Assembly: GCF_041146345.1 (NCBI RefSeq)
Contig: NW_027191405.1
Location: 496,001-560,000, forward strand
Source: Neodothiora populina
Lineage: Eukaryota
Direction of reading: 5' to 3'
Length of the DNA stretch: 64,000 bases
Numbering within the stretch: position 1 is the first letter of the stretch; each line of letters begins with the position of its first letter. The translations under genes and the position numbers were made by a program. Positions 41,731 to 53,600 of this stretch are shown in pieces. Under the pieces are notes generated by a model. That model was not told where the DNA came from and made no database searches. It saw nothing but the letters and a program-made list of their open reading frames with translations.

Positions 41731-41787
41731 TGGGTGGTGATGGTGGTGATAGTAATAGTGATGGTGATGGTGATGGTGGTGGAGATG
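41731..41787 (+). repeat. Imperfect (TGG/TGA)n microsatellite, intergenic
   Basis: tggtgatggtggtgatagtaatagtgatggtgatggtgatggtggtgg. Confidence 0.8.
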
Positions 41788-42129
41788 CAGGAGAATGCGA
41801 CTTTGGTCACTCTTGATGGTATGTAGTATCGTTAATCCTCTGGGTCTCTCTCTCTCGAGACATTCCCATGATTCTCGGAGGGGAATTCCGAGCCAATATC
41901 GCTTGGGGGTTGAGGCTGGGAATACCAATTGGAATTCCACTCTCTCACTTGATCTCATATACCCCAATACCACCAAGATCCCAACAGGAAGAAGCGGGAA
42001 AGCTCGCCCCAGTCGGAGACCTCTTGTGATTATTGGGAAACTTCGATGAATGTAATGGATGTATCGATATATAGATATACAAGAGGTTACCAGACCTTTA
42101 ATCACAAAGCTGTACGCCTCAATTGATAG

Positions 42130-42520
42130 TTCCGAGGATGCGCAAGTACAGCCGCATTGCTCGCGATAGTTGAGTGCTAGAATGAGGTCCTAGTCTAGCG
42201 CTTTATAGCCGGCTCCAACGAAGATGCCGGCCTTTACCGAAAGTTCAACCCTAGCCTCAAAAACCGATCCCAGGGTGACGGGCCGGTAAGAAGAAAAGAG
42301 AACTCTATCTTGGCCCCTCGCTGACGATATAGCTTTCTCTAAAAGTCGGCTACGCCAAATACGAGTATACCATGTACTAGACAATACGGCAAGCTTGATG
42401 AAGAGCCTCTTCACTTCTATCTAATACGAGCACGGAAGTCTCTACGAAGACCCTAAGCTAACCGTAAAGCCCGCTCTCGAGTATCTGAAGATATCAGAAA
42501 CATGCCGAGTTTGACTGGAT
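42130..42520 (+). pseudogene. Degenerate, RIP-like coding relic
   Basis: TpA excess and CpA/TpG deficit, frames broken by TAG/TAA, and an intron-like GTAAGA...GCTGAC...ATAG at 42286..42332. Confidence 0.4.
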
Positions 42521-42568
42521 TGTCTGGAATCACCGAGCCTTGCGGGAAGAACCAGCAATGATAATCAA

Positions 42569-45466
42569 TTAAGGACATGAGGGCTGGTCGCAGGGCTTGC
42601 AGTTCACTTTGCCCGGCTTGCTGGCAACTATAGCCTTCCAGTATCCAGGATGGTTCGAGGCGTCTAACCTCATGTAGATCTCGCCGCCATCTCGACGTAG
42701 CTGACGGAAGTTGTAGTCGTATCTTATCTCATAGACATTGCGACTCTCGGGTGCTCGTTTGCTCAGGTGAGCAGGCAACTTGTAATCGTCTACCCGGTTG
42801 AACGATACTACCCGAACAAATGTATCTGGCCCACAGTCTTCGGGTAGTCTCAACAAGGTCCCGTAAGCACGTCCAATCAGTATATCTTCGCAGTTGTGAT
42901 CGTCACCATCCGCCATGCACACAGCCTTTAACCTCTGGGCGCGGTAGTCGCCGCGCGAAGGGTCAGGACAATCGAAAGTCTCGAGCTGAGAACCATCGCG
43001 TTTCCTCAAAGACTGTACATCTGCCTCCGCACCAACGGCGATGTACCATGCAAATGTCTCTTGGTTAGGATCATTCGCCAGAAGGGGTGGATCGATCGAC
43101 GGATTTTCGCCTTTGTCATGATCAAATGCCTCTTGATATGTAGGAGCATCCTCTGATGGGATGCTGTCTGCGTCAGGAAAGAGATTGTCAAGCGGAACCG
43201 GAATGAAGGCGGTTCCATCGAAGGGCGGATCGCAGCAAAGCACTTGCTGTCGGCCCAGCATACATCCCCACTTACTACCATCGCCATCTACACTGCGAGT
43301 CAACTCGATCTGACCAGTAGGGCACCGATTATCAGCACAAGTGGTACTCTTGCCGTACCAACTGCAATTTCGGAAAGTGGGCTCTTCTGGACAACAGAAG
43401 CTGCCGGTAGTATCTTTCCAGAATCCGGGTGTTACAATTTGAGAAGCCTTCTGCGGGAGATCCGAAGGACACGTCTTCGAATTCTTGGTCTCGCAAGCAG
43501 CGACAGCTGCCGCGCCACTGGTAGCAGGACAACAAAAGGCTTTCTTACCATGGACGCAGTGTGAGCTACCACCATAGTTGTCCGAGGCGAAGAGTACCTC
43601 GCCGGGGTCGCATTGTCCATAGCACTCGCTTGCAGTGCCTCTGAAGCGACATGTCGCAGGATCTGGAGCGCCCCAGGATGGACAACAGAGCTGCCTTTGC
43701 GTATGATCGGAGCCCGAGCATCCTCTACCACTAGCGTCTTCGTTGAGCTCTGTCATAGTCGTGTATCCGACTGGGCACGTGTTTTTGCAAGCAGTGATGA
43801 AACACTTGTCGGTGTTGAAGTTACCCAGGGTGGAGCTTTCAGCAATCGACGGAACAAGGTCTTTCCCGGTGACAGCTTTCAAAGCCGTAAAGAACGAATC
43901 ATCCAAATCAATCGCCCAGATGAGCAGTCCAGCAAGACCACGTTTATTGGCAAAGTCGATCTTCTGCTGAAAAGAGGTTTTATCGTCGTACGAAACCCAG
44001 CTGTCCTTGTTGTACACAAGATAACTTACTCCAGCGGTTTCGTCGTATTTGTTCTGGTACTGCCCTTTCTTGCTTGTCATGATGTCTTGGATCTCAGAGT
44101 AAGAAAGAATGCCAGCAGTGTCGGTACAAGGACCCTTAGCTCCCGGTCCTGCGAACTCGCATCCAGGAGTAATGCAAGATGGGTCCTTGAGCTCGAATGT
44201 CCTGCCGTAGAAGGCAAGGCCGAGATTGATCTTAGAGGGCGGAACTTTGACTCGCCAGAAAAGCTCAAGAGCAAGATCGATCTCTGTCAAATTCGTGTGT
44301 GCGTAGACATGAGGCCCGATTGGATCCGTCGAGTCCCATATACCGTGCAGATCGTAGCTCATGAGATTGATCCAATCGGCATACTTGATCAAGGCCGGTA
44401 GGTCAAACCAACGAAGATACCAGTATGAAGTGGGAGCTGTAAAAGACAGGCCCCAGTTCTTACCCTCAACCTTCCACTTGTACTTGATGATATCCAGGAG
44501 AAGAGGATAATTGGCGACGTCGGCTTGTTTTCCTCCACGATCTGGAGCACCCGGATACTCCCAGTCAATATCAGCGCCGTCGAATCCGTACTGGTTCATG
44601 AACTGGGTGAGTTTGTTGGCAAATGCAGCGCGCTTCGTCAAACTGCTGGCTGCATCTCCAAATACGTCTTGTGTTACTGTATTGTTATCGTTGAAAGTCC
44701 AACCGCCTATAGAGACCCACACTTTCAAGTCGGGGTTTCTCTGCTTGAGAGAAGTGACATCGCTGAACAAAGTCGCCCGAGTACCGCTCATGGGAACAAT
44801 ATCGTAGGTCTTTGGATTGACATAGGCAAATGCATAATTGAGATGTGTCAGTCCATCCACAGGAATTTGTGATGGATCCATTTTTCCACAGGTTGACTTG
44901 GTAGAGGACCATGATTCGTAATATCCAATAACTCGCTTACGAACATCAGTTCCACCACCTGGAGATGATGGCGACCCGCAGTTGGATTGGCAGTTGTTCT
45001 CGCAGAAGTCTGAAGTCGTGCCACAGAAGCCAAATTGGGAGCAGCAAACGTTCAGTGGGCATTCTGTTCCAGCTGGATCTGCATATTGGCCACAAGGTGC
45101 CTTAGCATTGCAGTTCGACGAACACCCAGTACCACAATATGTTGGTCCATAGCCACAAACGCCCGATTTGCCGCAGCAAGCACCGTTGGAGCAAGGCTTT
45201 CCAGGAGCGCAACTGTACGGATCGTCCGAGGCATCGCTGCTTCCACTGGTTTGACGGCCTAGTAGAAGCGTGGTTGCATTGCCCAAGCTATCAATATCCT
45301 CCAGATAGAAGAGATCGGAATTTGATCGGGATTTGATCTCTCGGTCCGGTGACTCCTCGAAGTCGAAAGAACCACGTGTCCAGAGAGCGTATAGAGACAC
45401 GACAGTGACGAATGCAAGAACAATTACAGACGCCAGCAATCTGTACCCCAATCGAGAGGAGGCCAT
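42569..45466 (-). CDS. GH18 chitinase, subgroup C (killer-toxin alpha-like), with 2 CBM18 domains and Cys-rich repeats; probably C-terminally truncated
   Basis: Two hevein domains (CSNGACCGKSGVCGYGPTYC; CPLNVCCSQFGFCGTTSDFC); SIGGW, catalytic FDGADIDWE, MSYDLHG, WAIDLDD; post-catalytic CC-containing repeats. Intronless, 965 aa. Confidence 0.92.
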   Translation of the reverse strand: MASSRLGYRLLASVIVLAFVTVVSLYALWTRGSFDFEESPDREIKSRSNSDLFYLEDIDSLGNATTLLLGRQTSGSSDASDDPYSCAPGKPCSNGACCGKSGVCGYGPTYCGTGCSSNCNAKAPCGQYADPAGTECPLNVCCSQFGFCGTTSDFCENNCQSNCGSPSSPGGGTDVRKRVIGYYESWSSTKSTCGKMDPSQIPVDGLTHLNYAFAYVNPKTYDIVPMSGTRATLFSDVTSLKQRNPDLKVWVSIGGWTFNDNNTVTQDVFGDAASSLTKRAAFANKLTQFMNQYGFDGADIDWEYPGAPDRGGKQADVANYPLLLDIIKYKWKVEGKNWGLSFTAPTSYWYLRWFDLPALIKYADWINLMSYDLHGIWDSTDPIGPHVYAHTNLTEIDLALELFWRVKVPPSKINLGLAFYGRTFELKDPSCITPGCEFAGPGAKGPCTDTAGILSYSEIQDIMTSKKGQYQNKYDETAGVSYLVYNKDSWVSYDDKTSFQQKIDFANKRGLAGLLIWAIDLDDSFFTALKAVTGKDLVPSIAESSTLGNFNTDKCFITACKNTCPVGYTTMTELNEDASGRGCSGSDHTQRQLCCPSWGAPDPATCRFRGTASECYGQCDPGEVLFASDNYGGSSHCVHGKKAFCCPATSGAAAVAACETKNSKTCPSDLPQKASQIVTPGFWKDTTGSFCCPEEPTFRNCSWYGKSTTCADNRCPTGQIELTRSVDGDGSKWGCMLGRQQVLCCDPPFDGTAFIPVPLDNLFPDADSIPSEDAPTYQEAFDHDKGENPSIDPPLLANDPNQETFAWYIAVGAEADVQSLRKRDGSQLETFDCPDPSRGDYRAQRLKAVCMADGDDHNCEDILIGRAYGTLLRLPEDCGPDTFVRVVSFNRVDDYKLPAHLSKRAPESRNVYEIRYDYNFRQLRRDGGEIYMRLDASNHPGYWKAIVASKPGKVNCKPCDQPSCP

Positions 45467-46792
45467 TGAAGCTGGACAATCGAAGATCTGGAAATGAACG
45501 ACACAGATACTCCAGTCATTCTCTCAGTATGTGAGTCGTCGTCTTAAGAGAGCAAAGAGTTCGATAAGATGACCTGGGACATCATTTCCATTGCATGATA
45601 TGAAGGACTACAAAGAATCCTTCGATCTGCGTTAGTCGCTGCCGCATCAGTGGTCTGGCCTCGTCGGTTCCCACTTTGTGGAGAGTGATATGTCCAATGA
45701 CGATACTGTACGCTTGCCGTGAGAACGATGCCGCGTTTTTCTTCTGCAAGATCAACGATGCGCATTGCTTTATATTGGCATGAAACGCCCATAATCGGAA
45801 GTATGTACATCAAGGCCGCATCTTTGACGCACAGCCACCGTTTGGAGATGTAACGTAGTAGAGCGTCGTAGGATGGACCTCGAAGATCAGAAGACCATCG
45901 CCCTATCGTTTCACTCTTCCTGTAAGACTCAGGATAGTGACGAGACGATCACCCATACTATCACCACCCTGGTTGCAAGGAAGTGACGCCCGTATGTACA
46001 GTATGTGGGCCCCGGCCACAATTGATTGTCTTCCCGGCGTCGTCTAGAATTCTGGGCGTTGCTGGACCGAACTTTACAGCCATGAAGTGATCTGACCAGA
46101 GCGGCCCGAATCGCTTTAGGTTGGTCGAGATTAAAGTATTATATATCAAGTAGCGAATGAGAAGACCCTTGTGCTGCTGCCGCTAGCCAGTCGTCAATAA
46201 TTTTGTGTGGGGTCTGTAGATTCGAGACGGGACATTGCAGTTAGTAGCCTGATGAGCAGTGCTGCTCGACATCAGTGCACTGGATTTACTAGCGTTTTAT
46301 GGAGTTCAGATGGTCATGCCCTGCATCACAAGGATTTAATAGTTCGGCACTAGCAGGGGAATATACAAAGGATACCTCCACATATCTTAGATCCACCAAT
46401 CAGAGAGCGCTGTAATAACAGGGTCCAAGTCCTCATCATCTCCACCTTGATGGGGGAGCATTTGAAACAATCTATCATTGAGTACTGTACCCACACGAGC
46501 GATCATTCCCACTACAGTCTGATTGTTCTACAGATCGACCATGCGGAACCCAGACTTTGGAGCCGCCTCAGTGCTATGTATTAGGACAATGCCATTGCCT
46601 CTGCTAGTGTCTCATATCGGACGTCCTGCATGCATATGCCTTGTTTTGATTTGATCCTGCTAGAAAAGTCAGGAAGAGCAGTTGCATTGATGTTCACTGA
46701 ACACGCTGCTGAGGAGGTAGCACCTGGATTGATATCTACTGCTCATTGTCACCCTGGGCTTGTCGGGTCATGATTAGCAACAGCCAGCAGCA

Positions 46793-49643
46793 ATGTCTAA
46801 ATCTTTCTCCTTTGCTGTGTTGTCTCTAGCGATATTCATTATATCGGTATCAGGCCGGCATTCACATAGCGCTCAGAATCACGCTGCTCTGCACAATCAA
46901 TTGCGAAGACAAGCAAGTGCTGATACTATTCAGCTTTTCAATGCTCCAGACCTCCCTACCATATCTACAGCCTGCGCAAATGCTCTTGCCGCACCACTCA
47001 ACTGCTCGACCTTGATCACCTTCGAGCCCTACAGCTATTTCGGTCTGACAACTGACAATATCACAGCACTGTGTACTGCCGAGTGCAGTGATTCGATATC
47101 ACAATACCGTCAGAGTATACTTCAAGAATGCGCGGACGATGTCTACACGGATCCTGTTGTCAACGACACCAGCGTTGTGTACGGAACGTCGTCAACCTTT
47201 GAGATATACAATGTCGAAGATATATCAGTAAAGCCTATAGCCCTGGCGGATTATTGGTTTCTGAATTATAACCTTACATGCATGCAAGATGAGTATGTAA
47301 CTGGCGCCTTGTTCGAGATACTATAGCATTCATAAGCTGATGTTTGACAGTTCGGATCCACCTAACTACTGCTACTTCAAACATCGCCCTGCAGAAAACT
47401 CTTCCGAAGGTATAGATATACCAGCCTGCGATGTTTGTGGCCTCAAAGCTCTCCGTGCAGAGGTCGAAGATGCGCGGACGTATGAGGATGATCTTGCTGT
47501 CCAGTATTCTTCTGTATCGTCTTCTTGCGGCATCACCTTAGGTCCAGTTTCCACCCCTGCACCGGTGTTCTTACCAAACAATGCGTGAGTCTACCTATCC
47601 ATCACAAGGCTAAAGTATTAAAGCTAAGCTGCCCGGTCAACAGTACGCTAGTGCAGAACAGTAGTGCCACGGCCACTTGCACTGGCTCCTATGTGTCTGT
47701 TGCAACAGGTGCAAGCTGCGATAGCATTGCAGAAACGAATCACATCAGCACAGATGCGTTGCTCCAGATAAATGCTCTTCCCGGGGGTTGTGCTGGATTT
47801 CCCAATAACTTGACGTCTCTCTGTATTCAAGGAGCCTGCACGACTCGAGTCGTCCAGTCCAACGATACTTGTACTGCTCTCGCACAAGAAGCCAACTCTA
47901 CGGTGGTACAGTTTCTGAGTTGGAATCCCAGCATCGATCCCCTGTGCATCAATCTTTACAAGCAAGTTGGACACGTAGTTTGTCTAAGTAATCCTCTAGG
48001 CTACACTGAGCTTTCATCGGCCTCTGTCGGCGGTGCTCCAACAGCCGCGACAACAGCAGCACCTGTGCCTACCGATGCAGCAACTCAGTCGAACCACGAA
48101 TGCGGCTCATGGTACGAGGTGAACCCGGGAGATTGTACGTCGTGGAACTTATTGTCGAAGATTGCCGTTGCGTATATTTTGCTAATCCATATCTAGATTG
48201 TGCTTACGTATGCAACAAAAACGCGATATCGTTGAGTGATTTCTATTTCCTTAATCCGGAAATAGACTCGAATTGCACGAATCTCTTGGCGAACACATCG
48301 TACTGCGTCGGGGCAGTGGGTGATATCAGCACCTACGCGGGATATGCGGGATCATCAACTCTACTCACTAACGTTCCCACCTTTGCGACGACAGCAGACC
48401 CAGCATGGACTACAATGAGCAGTGTCTTCACGCCAACATATAATATCACTGCTACTGCGACTACACTCCCAATTGCTAATGGGTCGATCAGTGACTGTTT
48501 CTTGACATATGAGAATATCTGGGGTGCTGTACCGTGCCAATCTGCGGCAGACGAGTACGATATAGACGTACTCGATTTCATATCCTGGAATCCTAGCCTC
48601 GGAGATCCCACGACTTACTCGCCTACTGACTGCGTTCTCGCAAACACAACGCAATACTGCGTAGCTTTCTATGATCCTTCCCGTAAGAACATTTGATCAA
48701 CACAAGACGATCTAAACTGACTTTGGTACCAGTTCTGCCCAACACAACTTCTGTCACGAACTACGTCACTCCGCCTAACGCGCTTCCGGACAGCACCACC
48801 GCGTGCGATGATTGGTGGGATGTTCAAACCGGCGATACCTGCGACCTCATTTTGAAGTCTGCTGATATTCCTCTGTCATCGTTCTATGCGTGGAATCCTA
48901 CCATTGGCGATCAGTGCCAGAACCTATGGCTTAACACCTCTTACTGTGTTGCGGGGCCTGGCTGGACAAACGTAACCTACGCCAGCAGCACTTCGGCCAT
49001 CATCACAATGTCGTCCACGTCAAGTGGAGGGTCGCCTGGTCCTACCCAATCAGGTATTGTAGCTGGATGTGACCAATGGTATGTGGTGGTCAATAAGGAC
49101 ACTTGTCAAAGCATCGCAGCGAATTTCTCTATATCGATCACCCAATTCGAGAACTGGAACCCTGCAGTCGGTTGTAAGTAATGCTCGAGGACATGCAAAG
49201 ACAAGATGCCAACTCCAACAGCGGATTGTAAGAGCCTCTGGCTGAATGAAGCATATTGCGTACATGTGCCGGGCGCTACAACGATCGCGCCGTCAAGCAC
49301 GAGTAGTGCAGCACCTACTACAACAGTGGTGCAGCCTCCGGGCCCTACACAATCTGGTATCGCGAGCAATTGTAACGCTTACGCTATTCCCATAGCAAAC
49401 GATGGATGTTACAGCTTTGCTGAACGTTACTCCATCTCACTTGATCAATTATGTAAGATTTCCAGAACGAGAATTGCTAGTATCTCGTGACTGATCACCT
49501 TTCTCTAGATGAATGGAACCCCGCACTGGAAAATAATTGTTCCAAGTAAGTCTTTGGCTTTGATGTTTTGATACTTCGAAAATCACTGACATGATTCCAG
49601 TTTCTGGGGAGGCAAAGCGTATTGCATTGGAGTATCTACATGA
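46793..49643 (+). CDS. Secreted LysM protein with about 7 fungal-type LysM domains, 8 exons
   Basis: Signal peptide, LRRQ Kex2-like site, Cys-rich N-domain, repeated (G/N)D(T/Y)C...WNP...C.NL...YCV modules. GT-AG introns 47293..47350, 47585..47643, 48135..48196, 48683..48732, 49174..49221, 49453..49508 and 49546..49600 keep one frame to TGA at 49641-49643. Confidence 0.92.
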
Positions 49644-50640
49644 TGAGACTGCGACGTGAGTGTTTGAGAGAAGAGTGATGTGTACCTCGGACCTGCCGAG
49701 ATTCTGAGAAACCAAAGAGCCCAAGTGTGCAGTCATCTCGAGCACAAGATCAGACACGCATGTAAATCCGACGGAAATCAATCATTGTTCGTCACTTGAA
49801 TTAGGTGCAATAATGAAGTGCAGTTACATGAAGCACAGACACTCAATGATCCTACACCAAGGAAGGGTGTTTCAAGATGCGCCCATCTAACGCTACTGCA
49901 GCACAGTTCGAGTGGGGGCCGCGCCGAAACCTAAAGCACTGCCATACGTTCACTGCCATGGCCACATGCTGCAGGGGTGTGGCACTAGTGAAAGTACGGA
50001 GGTAGGAATCTGTGTATGCCTTGACGGACGTGCTAGTATAGGATGCCTGAGATATGCTCTACACTGCCTAGATTACATGTTATATCTCCCTTGCTTGATC
50101 GTCTTGCTCTTCTTTTACTCTATCGACCCCAGGATCTCGGAGCAACGGAGCCCTGTGAATTATAGATTGCCATACCAAACCTATGTTTCAATCATGACTT
50201 TCAACGATCTACCTTACTATTCTCCATTGTTGTTATGATCGCATCTCATCTGGAGGAAAATCTAGCAGATTATGCTTCCATATCGTAATCATGGAATTTC
50301 GCGATCGAGTCTTTAACGTTTCAGGAACTCCAACGTCACGACGCAAAGCCTTCACACAAATTATGCGAATATTATGACCTATGATCGCCGAAGTGCAGTT
50401 CGGAGCGTTGATATAGTACAGTTATTCAGCTTCCAAGACGTCAGGGGTGGTCAATTTAGTGAAATGGAGTCCGAGACAGATCCAAGGTTAGTACGGGGAA
50501 CCTCCAAAAGAATTTTGACACAGGGACAGCCTTCGACCTAGAAAAGAGATGAAGAACGGGCTGGTGGATATTCGGTAAAGCCTTCATTTTCGACGGTTAT
50601 CAGAACGGTTAGTCTATATAATGTCTTCTTCATAGGTCCC

Positions 50641-53600
50641 CTATTCACTACCCTCGAAGAGCACCGTGAGGCCATAACCTCGCCCCTTATCAACATCAGC
50701 ACCGTTCTCAAGCAGCTGCTGGATGACATTGGCATAATCGTCCTCTGATGGAACCCAACGGTCGATGTTACCTTCGCTTGAGTCGCGAACGTCCCAGTCG
50801 CTTCTCCTCTTTGTTGCAGCGTAGAGTGCGTTGCTAACCTCACCTACGCCAGTGTCGCTGAACTCATATACCTCAGTGTTGACGTCGGCGCCCTTCTCAA
50901 GCAGCTTTCGCACAATTTCAACGTAACCGGCCTCTGATGCAGCCTGGAGCGCGTTGCTGTTGCTATGCTTATCACCTGTAGCATTGAAATCGGCGCATTT
51001 GTCGAGTAGCTGCTGTACAATCTCGACGTGACCTTCTGACGATGCAGCGTAAAGTGCATTGCCAAATCGGATGTTCGTGCAAATATCGGCGCCCTTCTCG
51101 AGTAGTTGCTGCACAATCTCAGTATGGCCGTTAAATGCTGCAATATACAGTGCACTGCAGTCGCCATTATAACCGCCTCTTGCGTTAACGTCAGCGCCTT
51201 TCTCGAGCAATTGTCGCACAATATCAGTATGTCCCCTCCACGTTGCAGAACAAAGGGTATCACTGCTGACATTGGCGCCCTGTTCAAGCAGTTTCTGGAC
51301 AACAGTGGCGCTGCCGCTCATTGACGCGACATGGAGTGCATTGCCGTACTCCCCTTTCTCAGCGTTGACATTAGCGCCCCTTTTAAGCAGAATCTGCACG
51401 ATGTCGAAATGGCCTTTGAATGATGCAGCCTGGAGTGCGCTGCCACGATTGCTTCTGGCGTCAATATTAACACCTTTCTGGAGGAGCAGCAGCACAATAT
51501 CGGCATGGCCTTCGTACGATGCTACTTCGAGAGCATCGGTCTCGGCGTCCAGACCTCTCTCGACTAGCTGTCGCACAATGTCAACGTGACCATTCTTTGA
51601 CGCAGCATAGAGAGCATCATCGCACTTCATATCGACGTCCTTTTTAAGTAGTAGCTGTACGATTTTAGTGTGACCTTCTTCTGACGCAACCTTGAGTGAT
51701 TCTCCTTCGGCCTCCGCACCTTTTTCAAGCAGTCGGCCTCACCACTTTCAGCTGAGGCATTAAGAGCGCTACCGTTCCCGTTTCTGTCTTTAGCGTTGAT
51801 ATCAACGCCGTGATCAAGTAGTAGCTGTACGATCTCAATATGGCCTAAGCACGACGCAATCACTAGTGCGTCTCCTTCCGCTTTCGCACCTTTCTTAAGC
51901 AGTAGCTGCACAATATCGAGGTGACCATATCCAGATGCAGCATGAAGCACGCTTTTCTCGGCTACAGCGTTGATATCAGCGCCACTATCAAGCAGTAGCT
52001 GAACAATATCGAGGTAACCACTTCTAGATGCAGCCTGGAGTGCACTCCCGTCGTATCTGTTTACAGCGTTGATATCAGCGCCACTTTCAAGCAGTAGCTG
52101 AACAACATCGAGGTAACCACTTCTAGATGCAGCCTGAAGCGCACTCCCGTCGCCTCTGTTTCCAGCGTTGATATCAGCACCTCTATCGAGAAGAGTTCTT
52201 ACAGCGCGAATATGGCCAAGTTCTGATGCCAGGTATAACGCTGTGTATCCATCCTCGTTTTTTGCTTCAAGATTAGTAAACTCAGCTGCTTCTGACGATG
52301 TCCTGTGCAAGTGAGCGATAAGACCAAATGAGGCAATCACAAAGATAGTGTTAGCATCGTGAGATACCACATCGCGGAGTCGGTTCTCAGTTGGGGAGCG
52401 TTCCCAGTACTCGCTAGCTGAAATCGTGGATAGTATATAGTTGTTCCACTTTACGAAGTCCTCAATTTGAGTAGTGAAGAGTGTACGAAGTGTTTGCTCA
52501 ATCCTCGATTCGCCGCCGTTCTTGGTGGCGTATTCTGCATGCAATGGCCAGTGGTAGGCAGCGTAGTCGTCGGGCTGAACCGACTTGAGTCCCATCATCA
52601 GAGTCACGCACGCGTTGGTAGCCATGCTTTGCATTGACGCTTGCGCGAATTCATTTGTGCGCTTTTCCAAGAATTCTCTGACGGACAAGTGGGAAAACCT
52701 GAATTGATCCTGTCCCTCATCAAGATTGACTAGATCGAAGCACATGTCGAGTATAGTGTCGTTGGTCATAGAAGGCACTTCGGGAGCGCAGACTAGCTTG
52801 CACATTTCTGAGGTATTTAGTGGTCTTTGAGAGACAAGAAGCCATGAGAGTATCTTCCTGACCACCTCGGCCTGGTCCTCACCTAGCTCCACCATGTTGT
52901 GGTCATATAACTCCTGGTAAATCTTTTCCAAGCCAGGTGGCAGTTTGCCCAGACGGTCGAGAAGCACTGAGCGTTTCTTTAGTGTTGAATTTGAGTTGCA
53001 GTTCGACCCAGCGGAAACTAGAAGTAGCCATCAGATTTGGGTGAGTATGCAGCTGGACTGGCAGTCTCACTAACATTACCGCGGCACCGTCAACAAGGCT
53101 GTCCTCAATCTTTTGTCGCAATCCATCATTCACCTTCTCTGTGGGGAGCAGCTTCTTTTTCATTATCGCGTCCTTAACGCTACATCGTACGTAGCGGTTG
53201 ATGTCAGCCTGATTTTGAGTGGCATCTATACATACGGCTAGATAGCCAACCATGGACGTTGAGATATCATAATAATTGTCTCTGCTTGTGATAAATATCT
53301 TGACTAGACTGGTTGATCGTGTCAGGATCGTCTTCAAAGAGTCGATCAAGTCTCTTCGCTTTGCGCTATCGCATTCATCTAGAGCATCGATTATGATGTA
53401 AGTCAAGGGGCGATATGCGATCGCGTCAATAATGATGTCGATAGCTTCATCGGCTGAAACTTCGCCAGCTGTTCGGCGCTTGTCAAATCTTTCCTTGAGC
53501 TTAGAATGTAGAGGCGGACCCCCTGGAAGATCCGAAGCTTGCCGCAAGAGAGAGCGTAGAATTTGTTCTGGGTCTGCACGTTCAGGCTCGGCGATATTCC

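Noticed and set aside
41698..42105. 135-aa ORF with a poly-His tract
   Set aside because: The His run is just the TGG/TGA microsatellite, the start is not ATG, and there are no other coding signs.
42569..45466. Zymocin-like tRNA-Glu toxin system linking the chitinase to the local tRNA-Glu genes
   Set aside because: No gamma-subunit-like ORF was found, zymocin targets Glu-UUC whereas these are CUC, and the tRNAs are over 20 kb away.
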